A stretch of DNA of 64,000 bases from Phoronis australis (lineage: Eukaryota; Animalia; Phoronida), in the NCBI GenBank assembly GCA_002633005.1, contig NMRA01000051.1, positions 296,794-360,793 of the forward strand, written 5' to 3'. Each line of letters starts with the position of its first letter. Position 1 is the stretch's first letter. Positions 40,101 to 53,794 of the stretch are shown one piece after another. The position numbers were made by a program, and so were the translations under genes. The notes under the pieces were generated by a model. The model was not told the origin of the DNA. It was given only the letters and a program-made list of their open reading frames with translations, and ran no database searches.

Positions 40101-41534
40101 TTACAAACTTACCTGCACATAGAGTAAACTTAAGGTGATGCTCAAAAGGACCAAAACCCAAGGACCAAAACGTTTTTTTCTTTAAAGAACAAGCATGGTT
40201 ATGAAAAAAGGATCTGAAGGAATGACGACACACCCGTTGTCATATGAACAATTTACTACCAAAATGAAATAAAACAACATGTTTAGTTCGATGGGTGCTC
40301 ATTTTTTTCTCTCAGACGGGTATTGTAATGGTTTAAGTCGTTTCCTGCGACAAACCGATTTGAAGTTCATAGAGACAGGCCACTATTACAGTTAGAGTGA
40401 CGCTTTATTATGACTAGAGTTGCCATAACCACAGGAGTATACCAACTATCAGAAACAAATTCTCATATTATGTATGAAGAGAGGAAGGAACTTTCACCGA
40501 CGGAAGTTGGTCCACTGGTGCAACTTGTTGCAACGGAATTAACAATGCAGTGTTGGGGGCGTCACGTGACCAGACTAGGATTACCACGGTCCCTGTTGAT
40601 GGTCTTAGAAAGAATATAGACTCTCGTGATTATATTACATTATGTGAAACTGCATCGTTATTATTTACCTAGACGATTTATTAAGTTTTCAGTTCATTAG
40701 GCTTCGCTTCTTGGCTACTGAAAAAGTAGCCACTGCATTTAATAATCTCCAAATGTGTTGGGAAAATCAATGGCAGTGTAAAGACCAGTCTGTGAAAGTC
40801 CAGTTTGTTAGTAGCAATATTTGCACATTGCGTAAGGCAGTTGTATTGATTACAAAAATGGCAACATGGAGAGACACATAACAACATTGATTACTACTGT
40901 ACTATTGAAACGAGGCATTAACCACAAGGCAATTAGATTAATTAACATTACCTACATAGGCAATTACCTCGGCTCAATAATGCAAACAATCAATTCAAAA
41001 ATAAAAAGTATCAGCTCAGCAAACTACGCGCGATTTCTTATATCTTTTTATGGTTAGGCCAAGAAAACATAGTTACTTCCGGTGTCTAATAAAACCGGGA
41101 CTTGTTTTGAAATTTGTGCTCACACAAAAAGCGCCCGAACGCATCAATTTCAGCCAATGTCTGAATGTTTTTGCACAGCTGCACAGAAGTACGTAAGCAA
41201 GAGTAAACAAGATTTGAAACGCCATTATTTGCCAAGTGAACAGTGAACAGAAACATTATTTTGCTCGTTTCAAATTATTTTGAAAAGATGAGTAACTGGA
41301 AACTTAAGCGCAACACCGACTTCATTTTCAAAGCAAAACAGATACTAAAACCAATTTTATTTTTTGGCATTACAGATACTAAAACCAATTTTATTTTTTG
41401 GCATGTAAAAGCTCAGTTTGCGCATGTCTTCATAAGTCACACGTGTATGAACATTTGTATGACTTGAAAATCTTGGACTGGTGATGCTTCATTTTCGAGT
41501 ACTTACATATATCACTGTCGTGTCTACCTTTTAG

Positions 41535-41723
41535 CAATAACCTGCAACGTAGTAAGTATTACCAACGGTGGTAACAACGCATCGTCGGACCCTTCGGCCT
41601 TCAAGACCGTCGTACAATATGAATGTAACGAAGGATACGAGTTCTCAGATCATTCTTCCTTAGTGACGAGTGAATGCTCCGCAATCAACACCTGGTCCGG
41701 CAGCGTGGAAAGCGCGTGCACTC
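41535..41723 (+). CDS. Sushi/CCP domain 3
   Basis: 189 nt, phase 1-1. ITCNV...VQYECNEGYEFSDHS...SECSAINTWSGSVESACT. Confidence 0.93.
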
Positions 41724-42262
41724 GTAAGTTTGACTGTTGTCATTGTCAACTAAAGGAGAAAAACTGATCTGAAAAAGATTTTCATATAGAGAACAGTGTT
41801 GGTTTGTCTATATATTGTACCAAGTAGAGGATGTTTTACCGGACATGACATCCCTGAAAATCCGTTCATAGATGACGTTACCCATTAAAAAAACAGACTA
41901 TACGAAACAATAATGTCAAAGATATTTTGTAAATTCTCTGTTACATTTTTAAAATAATGTATAGCAAACTCGGACAATTTCTCATTTCTCCAAATCCTTT
42001 ATGCAAAATAATTTCAAAATCATACATATCAAACTATTTGATGGGCAAATCCGCTTTGGTCTTGCATGATCTGGGGTTAGGCAGTACGGATATTACCGTC
42101 GATAAGTCAAGTCAAGTTTGTCTTTTCTCAATCGACACTTTGAATTATGTCTCAGCCTATGTCAGCTCAAACTAAAGATGTTGTTTAAGAGGCAAAAGAC
42201 GAAAGTAGCACTTCGTCATCGTAGCTCAATTTTTACATTCTCTGTTTAGACGTAGATGTCCA

Positions 42263-42480
42263 GGAGGCAGTATAGCCCAGTGGGATAGTCGTCCGCTTCT
42301 CTTACCCAAAGTCGTGGATTCGAGCTCCTTTGGGGCACACTGTTAGACCCTGGAGTCAGGTTTCTAGCTAATCAGCTCGGTTTTATCTACACTGTAGGTA
42401 TTAGTAAAACATGAAATTGGTTCGAGGTGATCAGTGCAATGGGCCCAGCCCAGCAGACCGCGCACGTCTGGTAAAACATG
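42263..42480 (+). mobile_element. tRNA-derived SINE
   Basis: A-box TAGCCCAGTGG and B-box-like GATTCGAGC. The 3' part GTGCAATGGGCCCA...GCGCACGTCTG recurs at about 25998-26034. Confidence 0.6.
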
Positions 42481-43197
42481 TACCAAACCATCTGCAATTA
42501 TTTAATATTTGACAAAATTGTGACTGGACTTCGAACTATCGAACTAATTAGCTGTCAAAAGCCCACACAATTCGTTCAAAAGTCGCAATTCTCTGCTTTA
42601 AGGTTATGTAGGCCTTACTGACCAGTCTACATATTTAGACAAATTTCTAAAAAGCGCAGGGTTCAACGCAATTAAACTAAACTAATCTTTTCTGAACGAA
42701 CAAGGCCCGTAAAATATAATTTTTGACTTTTTACTAATCTGCCATGTTCTGTATCAGTAAAATTTAGCAAAAATCAAGGTACCTCAATAACAAAACAACA
42801 GTATCAACGATATGATCAAATTTCCTTTGATGTAAATCTTCTAGCTAGGAAACTAAATTTTTCATATCAACATAAAATTTTCATTTTTGATAATCCCTCA
42901 CGCGAAAGTGGAATGTTTCACAAACAAGCCGCAACAAAGTTGGGAACAGCGCACAAAGCAGAGCACCTGAACGTTTCACCTGGATTCGAACAGCCATTTC
43001 TTAGTTATGGTGTTCCGAATTAAGCCAAACTGTGTCCTATGTAACCTTAAATCACATGTTAGAACTAGTTTAATTTTGATGGTTCCGTGATTACTGTACA
43101 GTTCCAGAAATCTTGTCATGATTAATCTGTACATGCTCGTGCTAGAATGCACCTGTGCTTCATTTAATTCATCATGGTAAAACATTTTTTATCCTAG

Positions 43198-43383
43198 AAA
43201 TTAAATGCTCTCATGCGTCGGTCGCTCACAGTACTAATGATGTTGGCGGGTCTCACGTCATCTATGGCGCCACGGCGACGTACACGTGCGACACGGGATA
43301 CAAATACGACGACGGTAACATAAACAAGCAGACGACATGCACGGGGCACAATACATTTAACAAGACACTTGGAAACTGTGAAG
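43198..43383 (+). CDS. Sushi/CCP domain 4
   Basis: 186 nt, phase 1-1. IKCSH...TYTCDTGYKYDDG...TCTGHNTFNKTLGNCE. Confidence 0.93.
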
Positions 43384-43598
43384 GTGAATATTTTTGAAGA
43401 GTTATGTAAATATGCACGTGATTGCACTATGCAATAACTTGACTTTAATATATACCAATTTCAAGTAAAAATGCTGTATTTTAGTTTAGAAATCGTTACT
43501 GATACTGAAATAAAAATAACTCTAACGATTAGAAAGGCCATGGAAGTAATAAAAGGTCCTTTTGTACAAAATACAGTTATATATTTTATATATTTATA

Positions 43599-43638
<40 letters not shown>

Positions 43639-43983
43639 AGGATCTGCACCTTTCTTCCAAAGGATGTCTTCAATGTACTTTTCAATAGAGACGTGTGGGT
43701 CGTCTAACATTGAACACAAAGATAACGGCAGGACCTAACTCTAATTCTGACAGAGGACTAAACTGCAACACGCTTTACTGCTCATTGATCATAAACTGAC
43801 CATTGATCAAGAAATAAGTTAATTTCCTTTTTTGATTAACTCAAAATTTGTTTCAATTATAAGCAGATTTTTTGTGTGTGAACTGCACGGTTTATTTAGT
43901 ATTATGGTATGTGAAACAGAAACGAATTTATCTCTTGTTTTTGAACTCTTAGATTTTAATGTGCCACTTTCTTTACCATACAG

Positions 43984-44169
43984 TGATAGTTTGCTCATCC
44001 ATCCCGAATATCACGAATGGAGCTCATGACGGGGGATCTTCAGTGAACTTCGGTACTAACGTAACCTACAATTGTACTCAAGGACATCATTTTAACAACG
44101 GGATTGTGAGCATGCTGACGGAATGTGTAGACACAAACACATTCAGCGTTGACGTGCCGTCATGCAGTA
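43984..44169 (+). CDS. Sushi/CCP domain 5
   Basis: 186 nt, phase 1-1. IVCSSIPNITNG...TYNCTQGHHF...ECVDTNTFSVDVPSCS. Confidence 0.93.
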
Positions 44170-44460
44170 GTAAGTGAAGTTAACATTGCAATCCAAAGTT
44201 TTAAGGTGAAGATCAAGAATGAACACGTGGCCTTGAATATTTTTGTGTTTATTACTTTTTTGAATCCTTAGTTACCGTAGCCGATAGCGTAGTTTCACTA
44301 ACACACCTCTTTGAAAAATTGTTCCATGAAATTATAGTTTTGTGAAATTTGTCAGATTATTCCCATGGCCGCAATTGTCAAGGCCTAAATAAAAATCTAA
44401 GTTTGATTTAGGTCCAATGAATTTCGCTTATTTAACTCAACTAAACCCCTTTTATTTCAG

Positions 44461-44646
44461 AAATGAACTGTACAGTGCCGGCTACCAACAAAAACACACA
44501 CGATTCCGGCTCTAGTGTCGTGGACTACGGAACAGTGGTCAAATTTACATGTGACATAGGATATGAGTTCGCTGATCACTCCACCGAAAGAGCAACCAAT
44601 TGTTCACATCAAGATACTTGGTCTCAAAGCATCCCAGCATGCACTG
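44461..44646 (+). CDS. Sushi/CCP domain 6
   Basis: 186 nt, phase 1-1. MNCTVP...KFTCDIGYEFADHS...NCSHQDTWSQSIPACT. Confidence 0.93.
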
Positions 44647-45280
44647 GTATTTATATAATATTGTAATAACTACTAGAGATGGGACGATATACATTTTTAC
44701 GAATTTGATTCACACGATGCTTTTTGGAATAATACCATTATTTTCTAATTGATTCTTGTTTGTCAAATTAATGGTTAAATATGATACGATTCCAAGGAAT
44801 GAACGCTTGTGGGACGTTCATTTATTTAATATTTTAATAACACTTTTTAAAAGGTAGAAGCAAATCGTAACTTTATATGACACCTAACGGTGAAAGTGGG
44901 AACCGCGAAACGATTCGAAATGGGCCATGGCATATCGACAGCGAAATTGGCCACTCCCGTATGGCGATTCTATTGCAATACGATTAGTCGCCGCATCTTC
45001 ACTAGCTCCACACAAGAGTAGCAATTTCTAGGATTAGTTACAGGTTTTGTCATAAGTTTGTGATGACTTAACACTAAACAAGTTTGGGATTCCGAGACTT
45101 TAAAGCTTAGCCCTTGTTCTTAACTCACTTACGTAAACGTATATTTTAGTTTTATTAACAGCTCTCAGTTCATTGAGGGTCGTATAATTGACATGTTACA
45201 ATCAAAACAATGACCGGGTTTTCAAATCTTAGGCTTTCGGTAATTACAGTCGCTATTCTTTGAAACATGTTTTGTTGTAG

Positions 45281-45466
45281 GCATCGAATGTACTCACCAA
45301 GTCGTGGCCAACAGTGTCAAAGATAAAGGTGGCGCTAAAGTTGCTTTTGGGACAAATGTGACATTCTCCTGCGACAAAGGCTACAAATTTGTTGATGGAA
45401 ACTACAGCAAATTAACTGAATGTATTGGTCATAACACCTGGGATGTCACAGCTGGCAACTGCGAGG
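45281..45466 (+). CDS. Sushi/CCP domain 7
   Basis: 186 nt, phase 1-1. IECTH...TFSCDKGYKFVDG...ECIGHNTWDVTAGNCE. Confidence 0.93.
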
Positions 45467-46143
45467 GTATTCATTTTGTTGACTTTCGTTCAAAGCAAAT
45501 TGTGTCTATATGGCAATTCTTCACTTATTTAGCACATAATATGGTACTTTTATTTTTGTGGAATTTCTCCATCAAATCAATACTGATCATAATTTAGTCT
45601 ATTTTTAGCACACTTTGCAGTGTGTGGGTGCCAAAACGACATTTGGTAAAATGTCCTTTATTTCCAGTGAGGTAGTCAACATTTGAAAATGGAAACTGCC
45701 AATTTTGGTATAATTGTTTTTGCATGGAAGTGGAAAATTACCGTGGGCCTATTCTTTCGATTTCAGGTCTGTTAGCATAAAAAATAGGCGGTAACTACAG
45801 AGCACTGTTCTTTAACAAGCATGCATGTACTGTAGAACCAAATCCCTATATAACCTTCGTAACATGCAACATATTCCAAATAAAATTGATAATGTCTCGA
45901 CCAATGTACCCAGTTATGTCCTGAACATAAAATACAATGTCCTTTGCAGAGATACGTAACGATGATGCCATTGCAGTGGTAACGCAATTTTCTCTCTAAG
46001 TATGTTTTTTTCAATTTGGATTGAGAGGTTTCATGGCACTCTGCAAGGCAAAACGCGGGCGCAAATAAAAATATTGGGTAGTCAAACTACCACCCCCGCA
46101 AAAAGAAAATTTGTCGCATACTCTACTGCTATTTCATTTCTAG

Positions 46144-46329
46144 TTATCAAGTGCAGTGTGCCATCTGTTTCCAATGGTTACCATAACACGTCATCAGGCA
46201 CAGAAAATTATGGCACAGTGCTCAGGTATACGTGCACTTCCGGTTATATGTTTCCTGATGGTGACCGTATCAAAGATTCACAGTGTAATGAAACAGACTC
46301 GTGGACCGTACACGTTCCTGACTGTCAAA
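46144..46329 (+). CDS. Sushi/CCP domain 8
   Basis: 186 nt, phase 1-1. IKCSVP...RYTCTSGYMFPDG...QCNETDSWTVHVPDCQ. Confidence 0.93.
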
Positions 46330-46879
46330 GTAAGTATCTGTCATTTTTCCGCAAATTGAACTACGTGAACTACCCGCTTTCTGTCCTAGGGTCACAATTC
46401 TCCAACCAACGAAAATAACGTTACGACATATGTAGGCCCACGACCTTGTTTTTGTCAAAACAAATCCCTATTTGTTCACGGAGATCGACGTAACTTCTCT
46501 ATATGAGAAATTGCTCTCACAAAACTTGAAAACGCAACCCATCTATTCCAGTAGTTACATGTACAAAAACATGCCGTTAAAATCCGAAATTTTCATTTTG
46601 ACTGACTAAAAACGTGGACAGAAAATCCTAGACATGCCATAAAATTAGAGGAAACAACATCAATAAGTTAGAAATAAAATTGCACAAGTGTGGAGAAACC
46701 CGTGTGCGCAAGTGGCAAAACATCCTTTTTCATAAACATCTTATTTCTAAATACACTAAGATATACAATAATGAGTTATATGCAAACAAAACACAGACAC
46801 ACACGCACACACGCACATATCTAAATAGTTTAATTTTGATGTAATCAAAATAAATATGGAGTGTTTCCCAAAAGGCAGT

Positions 46880-48850
46880 AGTATGTGGTTGTATAGTTCT
46901 TACTTCACAATAATTATACAAGAAATATTGAACTTGTAGTCGCAATAATCTGGTCTATAGTGCATTTATGAATGAAATAGTGACAAATATTTAATAATTA
47001 TAGTATTAATGTTTTCAAAATTATATCCAAAGTATGCTTTCAAAAACGTTTTTATCTAAGATTAAATCGTGTCGTGCAGTTACATAAATTAACAGTTTCT
47101 CAACTTAACACCAAAAAGTTTTCATAGAACCATATATCACAAACATGTGGCTAAAATTTCAACAGTTCCACAAGCTCCACACTTGTCATCACTTACTAAG
47201 CTCATCTTTTTCAAACTTATTTTTGAAGCACTTTTCTAAGAATGTAGAAATATTTATTTAGCTCTACGCTAGCTGTCAGTCACGAAATTGCTCATAACAC
47301 AATTTAACTTAGACAGAGCAAAAGTTTAAGTTACATTGATCTTGCCTGACAATGAAATATTGCGACTTTTCCAGATATACTTTTTAAACGTCTTAATATT
47401 TGTGTTCAAAATTTAAAAAATCATTTTCTTGATTGTTATAAATAAAAAATATTCCCAGACTCTTAATTGGTTTGCCAGTCCACTTGAAACCATTAGGTGT
47501 TTTAGGACAATCTTTTCTCGACCTATATGGAACACTTCATATTTCTTAATATTTAACTGGAGACCTGAGTTTAAATTAAAGTGTTTTACAAATTTTAGAC
47601 AATTCATGCCTGAATTTTTGTCATGAATGAATAAGGTAGTGTCCTCTGCATACTGGAGAATTTTAACTTCAGATTTTTCAACATGTATGCCTTTAATCAA
47701 ATTACAATACATTATTCTGTATATAATTGGCCATAACTTCAACAGTTAGGCAAAGTAATGGACCCGACAATGAATCACCTTGTCTTTCATCCCTCTCTAA
47801 ATGAAAAAAAATCTATAGTAAAACCATTATTGACAACACAATCAGTTGGTTTTTTGTAAATTATTTCTACCCATCTTGTAAAACTCTCTCCAAAACGTAA
47901 AAGCCTTCAAAGCTTGAAAAATAAGGTCCCATTTTATTGTATCATACATGTACGTCTTGCAAAAGTCAGAATAGAATGTGTTCTTGACCATCAGTAATGT
48001 TTGTGTGAGAAATTTTATCCTGGATGATACGTATATTGTATCCTATATATAGACCTTGAACAGTTGTTTGACATGTGTGAACCAATTTTCCCATGATATT
48101 ATTCATACGGGCGGTTAGAACTTTTGTAAGTAGTTTATAATCATTGTTCAATAAAGATATCGGACGCCAATTATTCAAGGACTACAACTCAGCATCTTCC
48201 ATTGACTTGGACAGTACCGTTATTGCCTTTGCCTTTATGACGTAGATAATTTCCCAGTGAAAAACTATATTGAAAAGCTTCACGAAAAGGGTTTTTAACT
48301 TCATGTCATAAGAATTTATAAAATTCACAAGTTAACCCGTCATTTCCTGGAGACTTATTTTTTCACAAGTTTACAAGTTTTTAAAAAATATTCACCCTCT
48401 CTTAAAGGTTCATCCAACTCTTCAAAATCACTGGGTGGTACATCGCTAGGGATATTAAATCGACCTGGTATACATGTAGTGCATGGAGTTTCTATTTGGC
48501 GATCTGTGAAAACAGAAGAGCAATAATAAGTTAATTCTGAACCGATTTCAGCATGGTCTCTTATCAAGCGCCCATCTTTATTTTTAAGGATATTTATTCA
48601 CTGTTTCTTAAATTTCTCTTCTCCATTGAGGCAAAAATTTTGGGCTACTTTCCCCTTCCTCAATTACATATTACTGGGCTCTACTTCTTAATATTTGTCC
48701 ACGTATGTACTCTATGAGTTTGTATACGTTACAAATTGGACTTGGTCTTTTCCAAATTATGTACAATTTCTTCATCAATTCTACAATCATTTAGTTCTTC
48801 TGTTAGCAAAACATCCTGGTTTCAAATTTTATTATTTAAAATAGGTTCAG
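46880..48850 (-). mobile_element. Degenerate L1/Tx1-clade LINE ORF2, antisense in the intron between sushi 8 and 9
   Basis: NWRPISLLNNDYKLLTKVLTARM, LQYAEDTT and SGLQLN motifs, with many stops and frameshifts. Boundaries approximate. Confidence 0.85.
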
Positions 48851-49174
48851 AATTATTCAACAAATGTAACCCTATATGAGGGAGATAGAAAGTTCCGTAG
48901 TCAAACTTGTAACCTTGGATTTAAACATAACCAAACAGTGTAAAATCGTTTTGATTTAATTTTGCGACGCAAAACAAAATCTAGCCATTAAATAAGGTAC
49001 TATAATAATCATTGTTTTCTATGGTTATGCTGTGGTCTGACTCAATCTGATATGTGATATTTGTGGCTTGGTAAACCGCTTCATTCATGTTTGTCCTTGA
49101 CCCACTGTTAGCCTCAGATATAGAGTGCAATGTTCCCTTTAATCTTTATCCTTATCGTATAACTCGTTTTTCAG

Positions 49175-49360
49175 TCATGACGTGTACTGTTCCAACACCT
49201 GAGTTTAGCACCGCAAACACTAAAAACACAACTGTCAACTTGAACACAACCGTTAGTTTCACATGCGACGTTGGTTACGAACTCCCCGATCACAACAGCA
49301 CCGTGAATGCTACGTGTACCGAACAGGAAATGTGGTCAGAAGCTATCAACAACTGCACAG
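49175..49360 (+). CDS. Sushi/CCP domain 9
   Basis: 186 nt, phase 1-1. MTCTVP...SFTCDVGYELPDH...TCTEQEMWSEAINNCT. Confidence 0.93.
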
Positions 49361-50355
49361 GTTAGTTAAAAACGCACTTGTCGACTGACAGAGGACAACA
49401 TTAGTTTTTACTGGTCATAAAATATCATTAATTAGCAAACTCATGTATGAATTTTAAACATATGATAGTGATATCCAAATTTTCGAGTCACCCAATAGCC
49501 ATTTTCGATATACAAAGTAGAGGTAAGCTGATCTGTTAGCATTTGAGTCGGGTGGACGTGCCTTGTTGTCTATTGATCAATCCCACAAGGGCGGTGCCAA
49601 CTAGGTGAACATTCTTTCACACCATCAATTGGGGTACAGATGATAAACGCCCGCTGCAATCACCCAGAAGTCTTTGCTCACAATATCACACAAGTAGAAT
49701 ATTTTGTCTTGATTTATAAAACAGCTGCAGTACCCAAACGGGAACAGTATGCAATTGAAATCATTGTGCAGCAATTTAATACATATTAATTTATAAATAC
49801 AGGGAATGAGTGAAATAACAAACAATTTGAAATGTTGAAATAGGCATAAAAATCTGATCATAGCTTAGTATGGTTAAAATCTGACCAAATAACCTCGTTT
49901 TCGAGTAGTTCAACGTATTGTGATATTAATGGAGGTTAGATGCAAGGCAAGTTTGTGGCCAGTGTTCATCATTCTCGTATGGCTTTAATGCATTGGAATA
50001 TTTTCCAGGGTTTTCTATAAATTCTTTTTGACCATCATGCTGTCAAATCGCTATACGGTGTAGTCCTGTGGTAGATGATTTAATGATGTTCAATGAAAAT
50101 TAAATAAGTTGGGTTTTGTCTTTTCCAACTCGGTCCGTCTTGGACTCCAGGCCTAGGAATTGAGACAAGCGAAAGACACTTTTACGTTCTCACAAAGCTA
50201 TAAAAATTGATATTAAACATTTCCAGGTACTACAATGATTGTTCATAATAAACCGAATAAAATGGGTCTGGCACGAGGGCGCTGTTTTCGAATTCTAAGC
50301 CCTAACCACTGATTTATGGTATTATTTCTGATCAATTGTCGTCATGTCCTTTCAG

Positions 50356-50541
50356 TCACCAAGTGCACTGTCCCAACAGTCACAAATGCCACTAACAATG
50401 CGTCATCGCTTATGGTGCAGTATGGAACAGGAGTAACGTTCAACTGTAACTATACATACCAGTTTCCGGACAAGTCTAGGCAACGAAAGATATCCTGCGA
50501 AGGTCACGAAAAGTGGAGTGTTTCACTGCCTGCTTGCGAAG
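50356..50541 (+). CDS. Sushi/CCP domain 10
   Basis: 186 nt, phase 1-1. TKCTVP...TFNCNYTYQFPD...SCEGHEKWSVSLPACE. Confidence 0.93.
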
Positions 50542-51076
50542 GTCAGTTCTTCCAGTAATTTATTTTGCACTGAAAGGTTGCAGGAGCAGAGCGTAGAACC
50601 AAGTTAAAGGCAGGAATCAACGAAAAACTCTCTATGTCACAGATTAGACAGTATAGTCCTTGGTGGGTTGTTGTTTACAACAGTTGCCCTGTGATTCGCT
50701 ACAACCGTAGGTCACGCTCGCAGGTTTAGCAGACTTTGAAAGGAGTTTCCAAATGTTCCTTCAACTTTTGAGGGTTACAGAGCAATAATTTGTTGCAAAC
50801 AACTGGATGCGCATGGGAAAGTCGTGTTTGGTGTTTGTATAGACCCAAACCGGGTCAGGCATCCTTTTACTTATGTACACGTGTATACAACAGCCAAGCT
50901 CTTTCTTGTAATCCTCTTTTGTGTTCGCAGTATGCAAAAAGTGTCATAAAAATCCTCTGCCTTTTCCGACATAGGGTGGAGAGTGACTTGTTCCAAAATA
51001 ACTTAGGTGAACAAAATAAAATGGTCAAATTTATCATTTGTTCTATCCGTACATCTTGTCTGTTTGCGTTTTCCAG

Positions 51077-51262
51077 AAATCGTTTGCAACGTTACCCAAG
51101 TCGGGAACTCCACATGGAATGTTTCATCGCCAACGGTTCGTATGCTGGAAACCGTTGGATACAGCTGCAATGACAAGTACCAGTTTAATATGGGAGTTGA
51201 ATCAAAAGAAATCACTTGTGTCGAGGACCAAGCATGGTCTGCCAATGTGTCTGACTGTTGGG
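51077..51262 (+). CDS. Sushi/CCP domain 11
   Basis: 186 nt, phase 1-1. IVCNV...GYSCNDKYQF...TCVEDQAWSANVSDCW. Confidence 0.93.
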
Positions 51263-51974
51263 GTAAACAACTCTTCATCTGCACTTAGAGATAGTCAAAT
51301 GCCCGAACCTCGGGAGTTCATTTCGAGTTATATTTCCGGGGTTGCAGTAGTATTGAAAACGATTGTACTAGCAAATAAGACCAAGAAACAGGTTCAAAAA
51401 GGTTGCTTAAATATTTCAATACAATTAGAAATAATTATGTAACCATTGCGGCATTTTTTAAAATTCAAGTCTTAGTTTAGTGCTTATCAGAGCATTAGAA
51501 AAGAAAAAAAAATAGCATGTCTGTCAAATTGAGATTTTCAATTACTGTCATATCAAAGCATTTTCTCTTAGTTTCAAATTTCAAAATAAGAGATCTGTAA
51601 ACTGCTCGCCACTTCGTCAATTTTTTTCAAGCAAGGCAAAGTACGTCCTTGTTTGGAATGGCAAGATTTAGAACATTGACCTTACATGGAAAATCTAACT
51701 TTTGACCTCAAGCGACTTCAAGCGTTGTGAGCGTATGCGCGCATTGATCATACGTGGGAGGGAGATTAGAATTTCTGTGGTAGCCACAAAGTTTTTTCCT
51801 TCGGGAGTATTTCAAAAACAGTGAATTTTGTGATTTCTTTCTGGAAATTTCCTCACAAGGGAAAGTGAATTACTTTGTACAAGATGTTGCGAGATGGCAC
51901 TTTTGTCAGGAATTGTTTTTAAGACTTTTGGCGTTCCATGCCTCTTTAAACTGAGACATTTTGATCATTTACAG

Positions 51975-52157
51975 AAATCAGATGTAATATTTCCACCATA
52001 CAACACGGGTCTTCGAACGCTTCCGTGACTTCTGTATCACGTGACACAACAGTTCACTACCAGTGTGATGCTGGGTTTCTTACTTCCGGTGGAACTGAGT
52101 ATGACACCACATGCGTTGCCACGGAGACGTGGTCAAGGAATATTACCAATTGTAGAG
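51975..52157 (+). CDS. Sushi/CCP domain 12
   Basis: 183 nt, phase 1-1. IRCNI...HYQCDAGF...TCVATETWSRNITNCR. Confidence 0.92.
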
Positions 52158-52428
52158 GTGACCGTTTTTACATTTTAACTGCATACAAATGATCTGAAAA
52201 TCAATAGTGCAAAAGCATTAGGCAAAACGGCACGCAGTGTCACTATCGACTATAACACGATAGAGGACTGTTCAATATAGTTACCTAAGAGATTGAATTA
52301 CTGTATACACTGAGTAACGAGCGCAGTTACGCATGCATAAAAGTGCAAAAACACCAGTCGAGCGACCGAATATTACACTGAAATAAATATAACAAACTGT
52401 GTAATGAACGTTGATCTGTCATTTCTAG

Positions 52429-52611
52429 AAAAACAATGCTGGTACTCGATTGGCGGCGCAACAAACAACGGATCGTCCAACATAGCCGCCATTGGGGAGA
52501 CTGTTGTATTCAATTGTTTAGCGGGTCATGAACTTCCCGATGGAAGCAAGACCAGAATCTCGACTTGTATCGACGAAATGACATGGACGAAGACCCCACA
52601 AAATTGTCAAC
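52429..52611 (+). CDS. Sushi/CCP domain 13
   Basis: 183 nt, phase 1-1. KQCWY...VFNCLAGHELPDG...TCIDEMTWTKTPQNCQ. Confidence 0.93.
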
Positions 52612-53608
52612 GTGAGTTACTGTAAACACCAAACTGGTGGTCAAAGACAACGTAGAAATGTTTTGTGAAAATGATGATCAAGAATTTGCAAATTGAAAAA
52701 CATATTTAAACGTCCGGATTATATTAGAACGGCATTTTGCTGAGCTGGATGAAAACAAAAATCGTATTAGGCCTTTCACTCTCATTAATTTGCTTTCATT
52801 AGTGTCCTTACTCTGGTGTGATTTTGTTTCCACTACTAACAACAACACCGAAACCATTGATAACACAAGAAAACGAGGTGGAGCTTATAAAGGTTTCTTA
52901 AAATAAAAGCTGCGAATTCTAAGACGATGCATGTAACCGTTGCCCGTGATTTGAGTCGGGGGCTCATGTGATCAAGACCAGATGAGCCTGGTAGTGATTT
53001 TAGACCCAAAGCGTGTGCATTACGAATTGACTGTCAGCTAAACAGGGGCGAAATACCGCTTTACAGTTGTGAAGTACCCTGGAAAAATATCCCAGGTTAC
53101 CAACCTCGGAACATGATGAAATTTGCAGATGCTATGCTTTGTGTATTGTTCTCAACAGTCGTATAAAACGGAAACGAACAGACGATTGAAAAAAACTGTA
53201 ACGGTGTTTTTGAAACGTCATGTTTAACATGTCTTGGGTCGTATTATTGATACCGTTGTTTTGTTACCGACGTACCTTCCCTTCTTGCTAAAGGTTGCTA
53301 AAAAGTCACGGGCAGGTAACCCATATTAATGCCAGATTGTTAAAAACCAAAACATTATATTATACAGGGTTTCCACTTTTAGGAAACATGTAATTTACTT
53401 TATTAAAATGTATAGTTTTGTGGTTATTAGGTTAAATAGACAGACAACACAACCTGCATTTTCGAGTTTGTCGACAATGTTACTTTGACTCGTTAGCTTC
53501 CGTCTAATATAGCAATTGCCATTCACGTTTAAAGTGAAGTCAGTGCCCAATATTTTCCAAACACTCCAAATTTGGAAGTTTATTTATAATTCTGTTTATT
53601 TTGTTTAG

Positions 53609-53794
53609 TTTTGAAATGTGACGTCTCGTATTTCAACCATACATCTGTGAACACGAGCGACCCATACGTCACCCTCAACACTACTATCCATTATACATGC
53701 CACAGAGGGTATAAGTTTGCAGATAACACAACGACGAAGGAAATCAATTGCATCGATGATCAGCGCTACGACAAAACCCCACAAAATTGTGAAG
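53609..53794 (+). CDS. Sushi/CCP domain 14
   Basis: 186 nt, phase 1-1. LKCDV...HYTCHRGYKFAD...NCIDDQRYDKTPQNCE. Confidence 0.93.
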
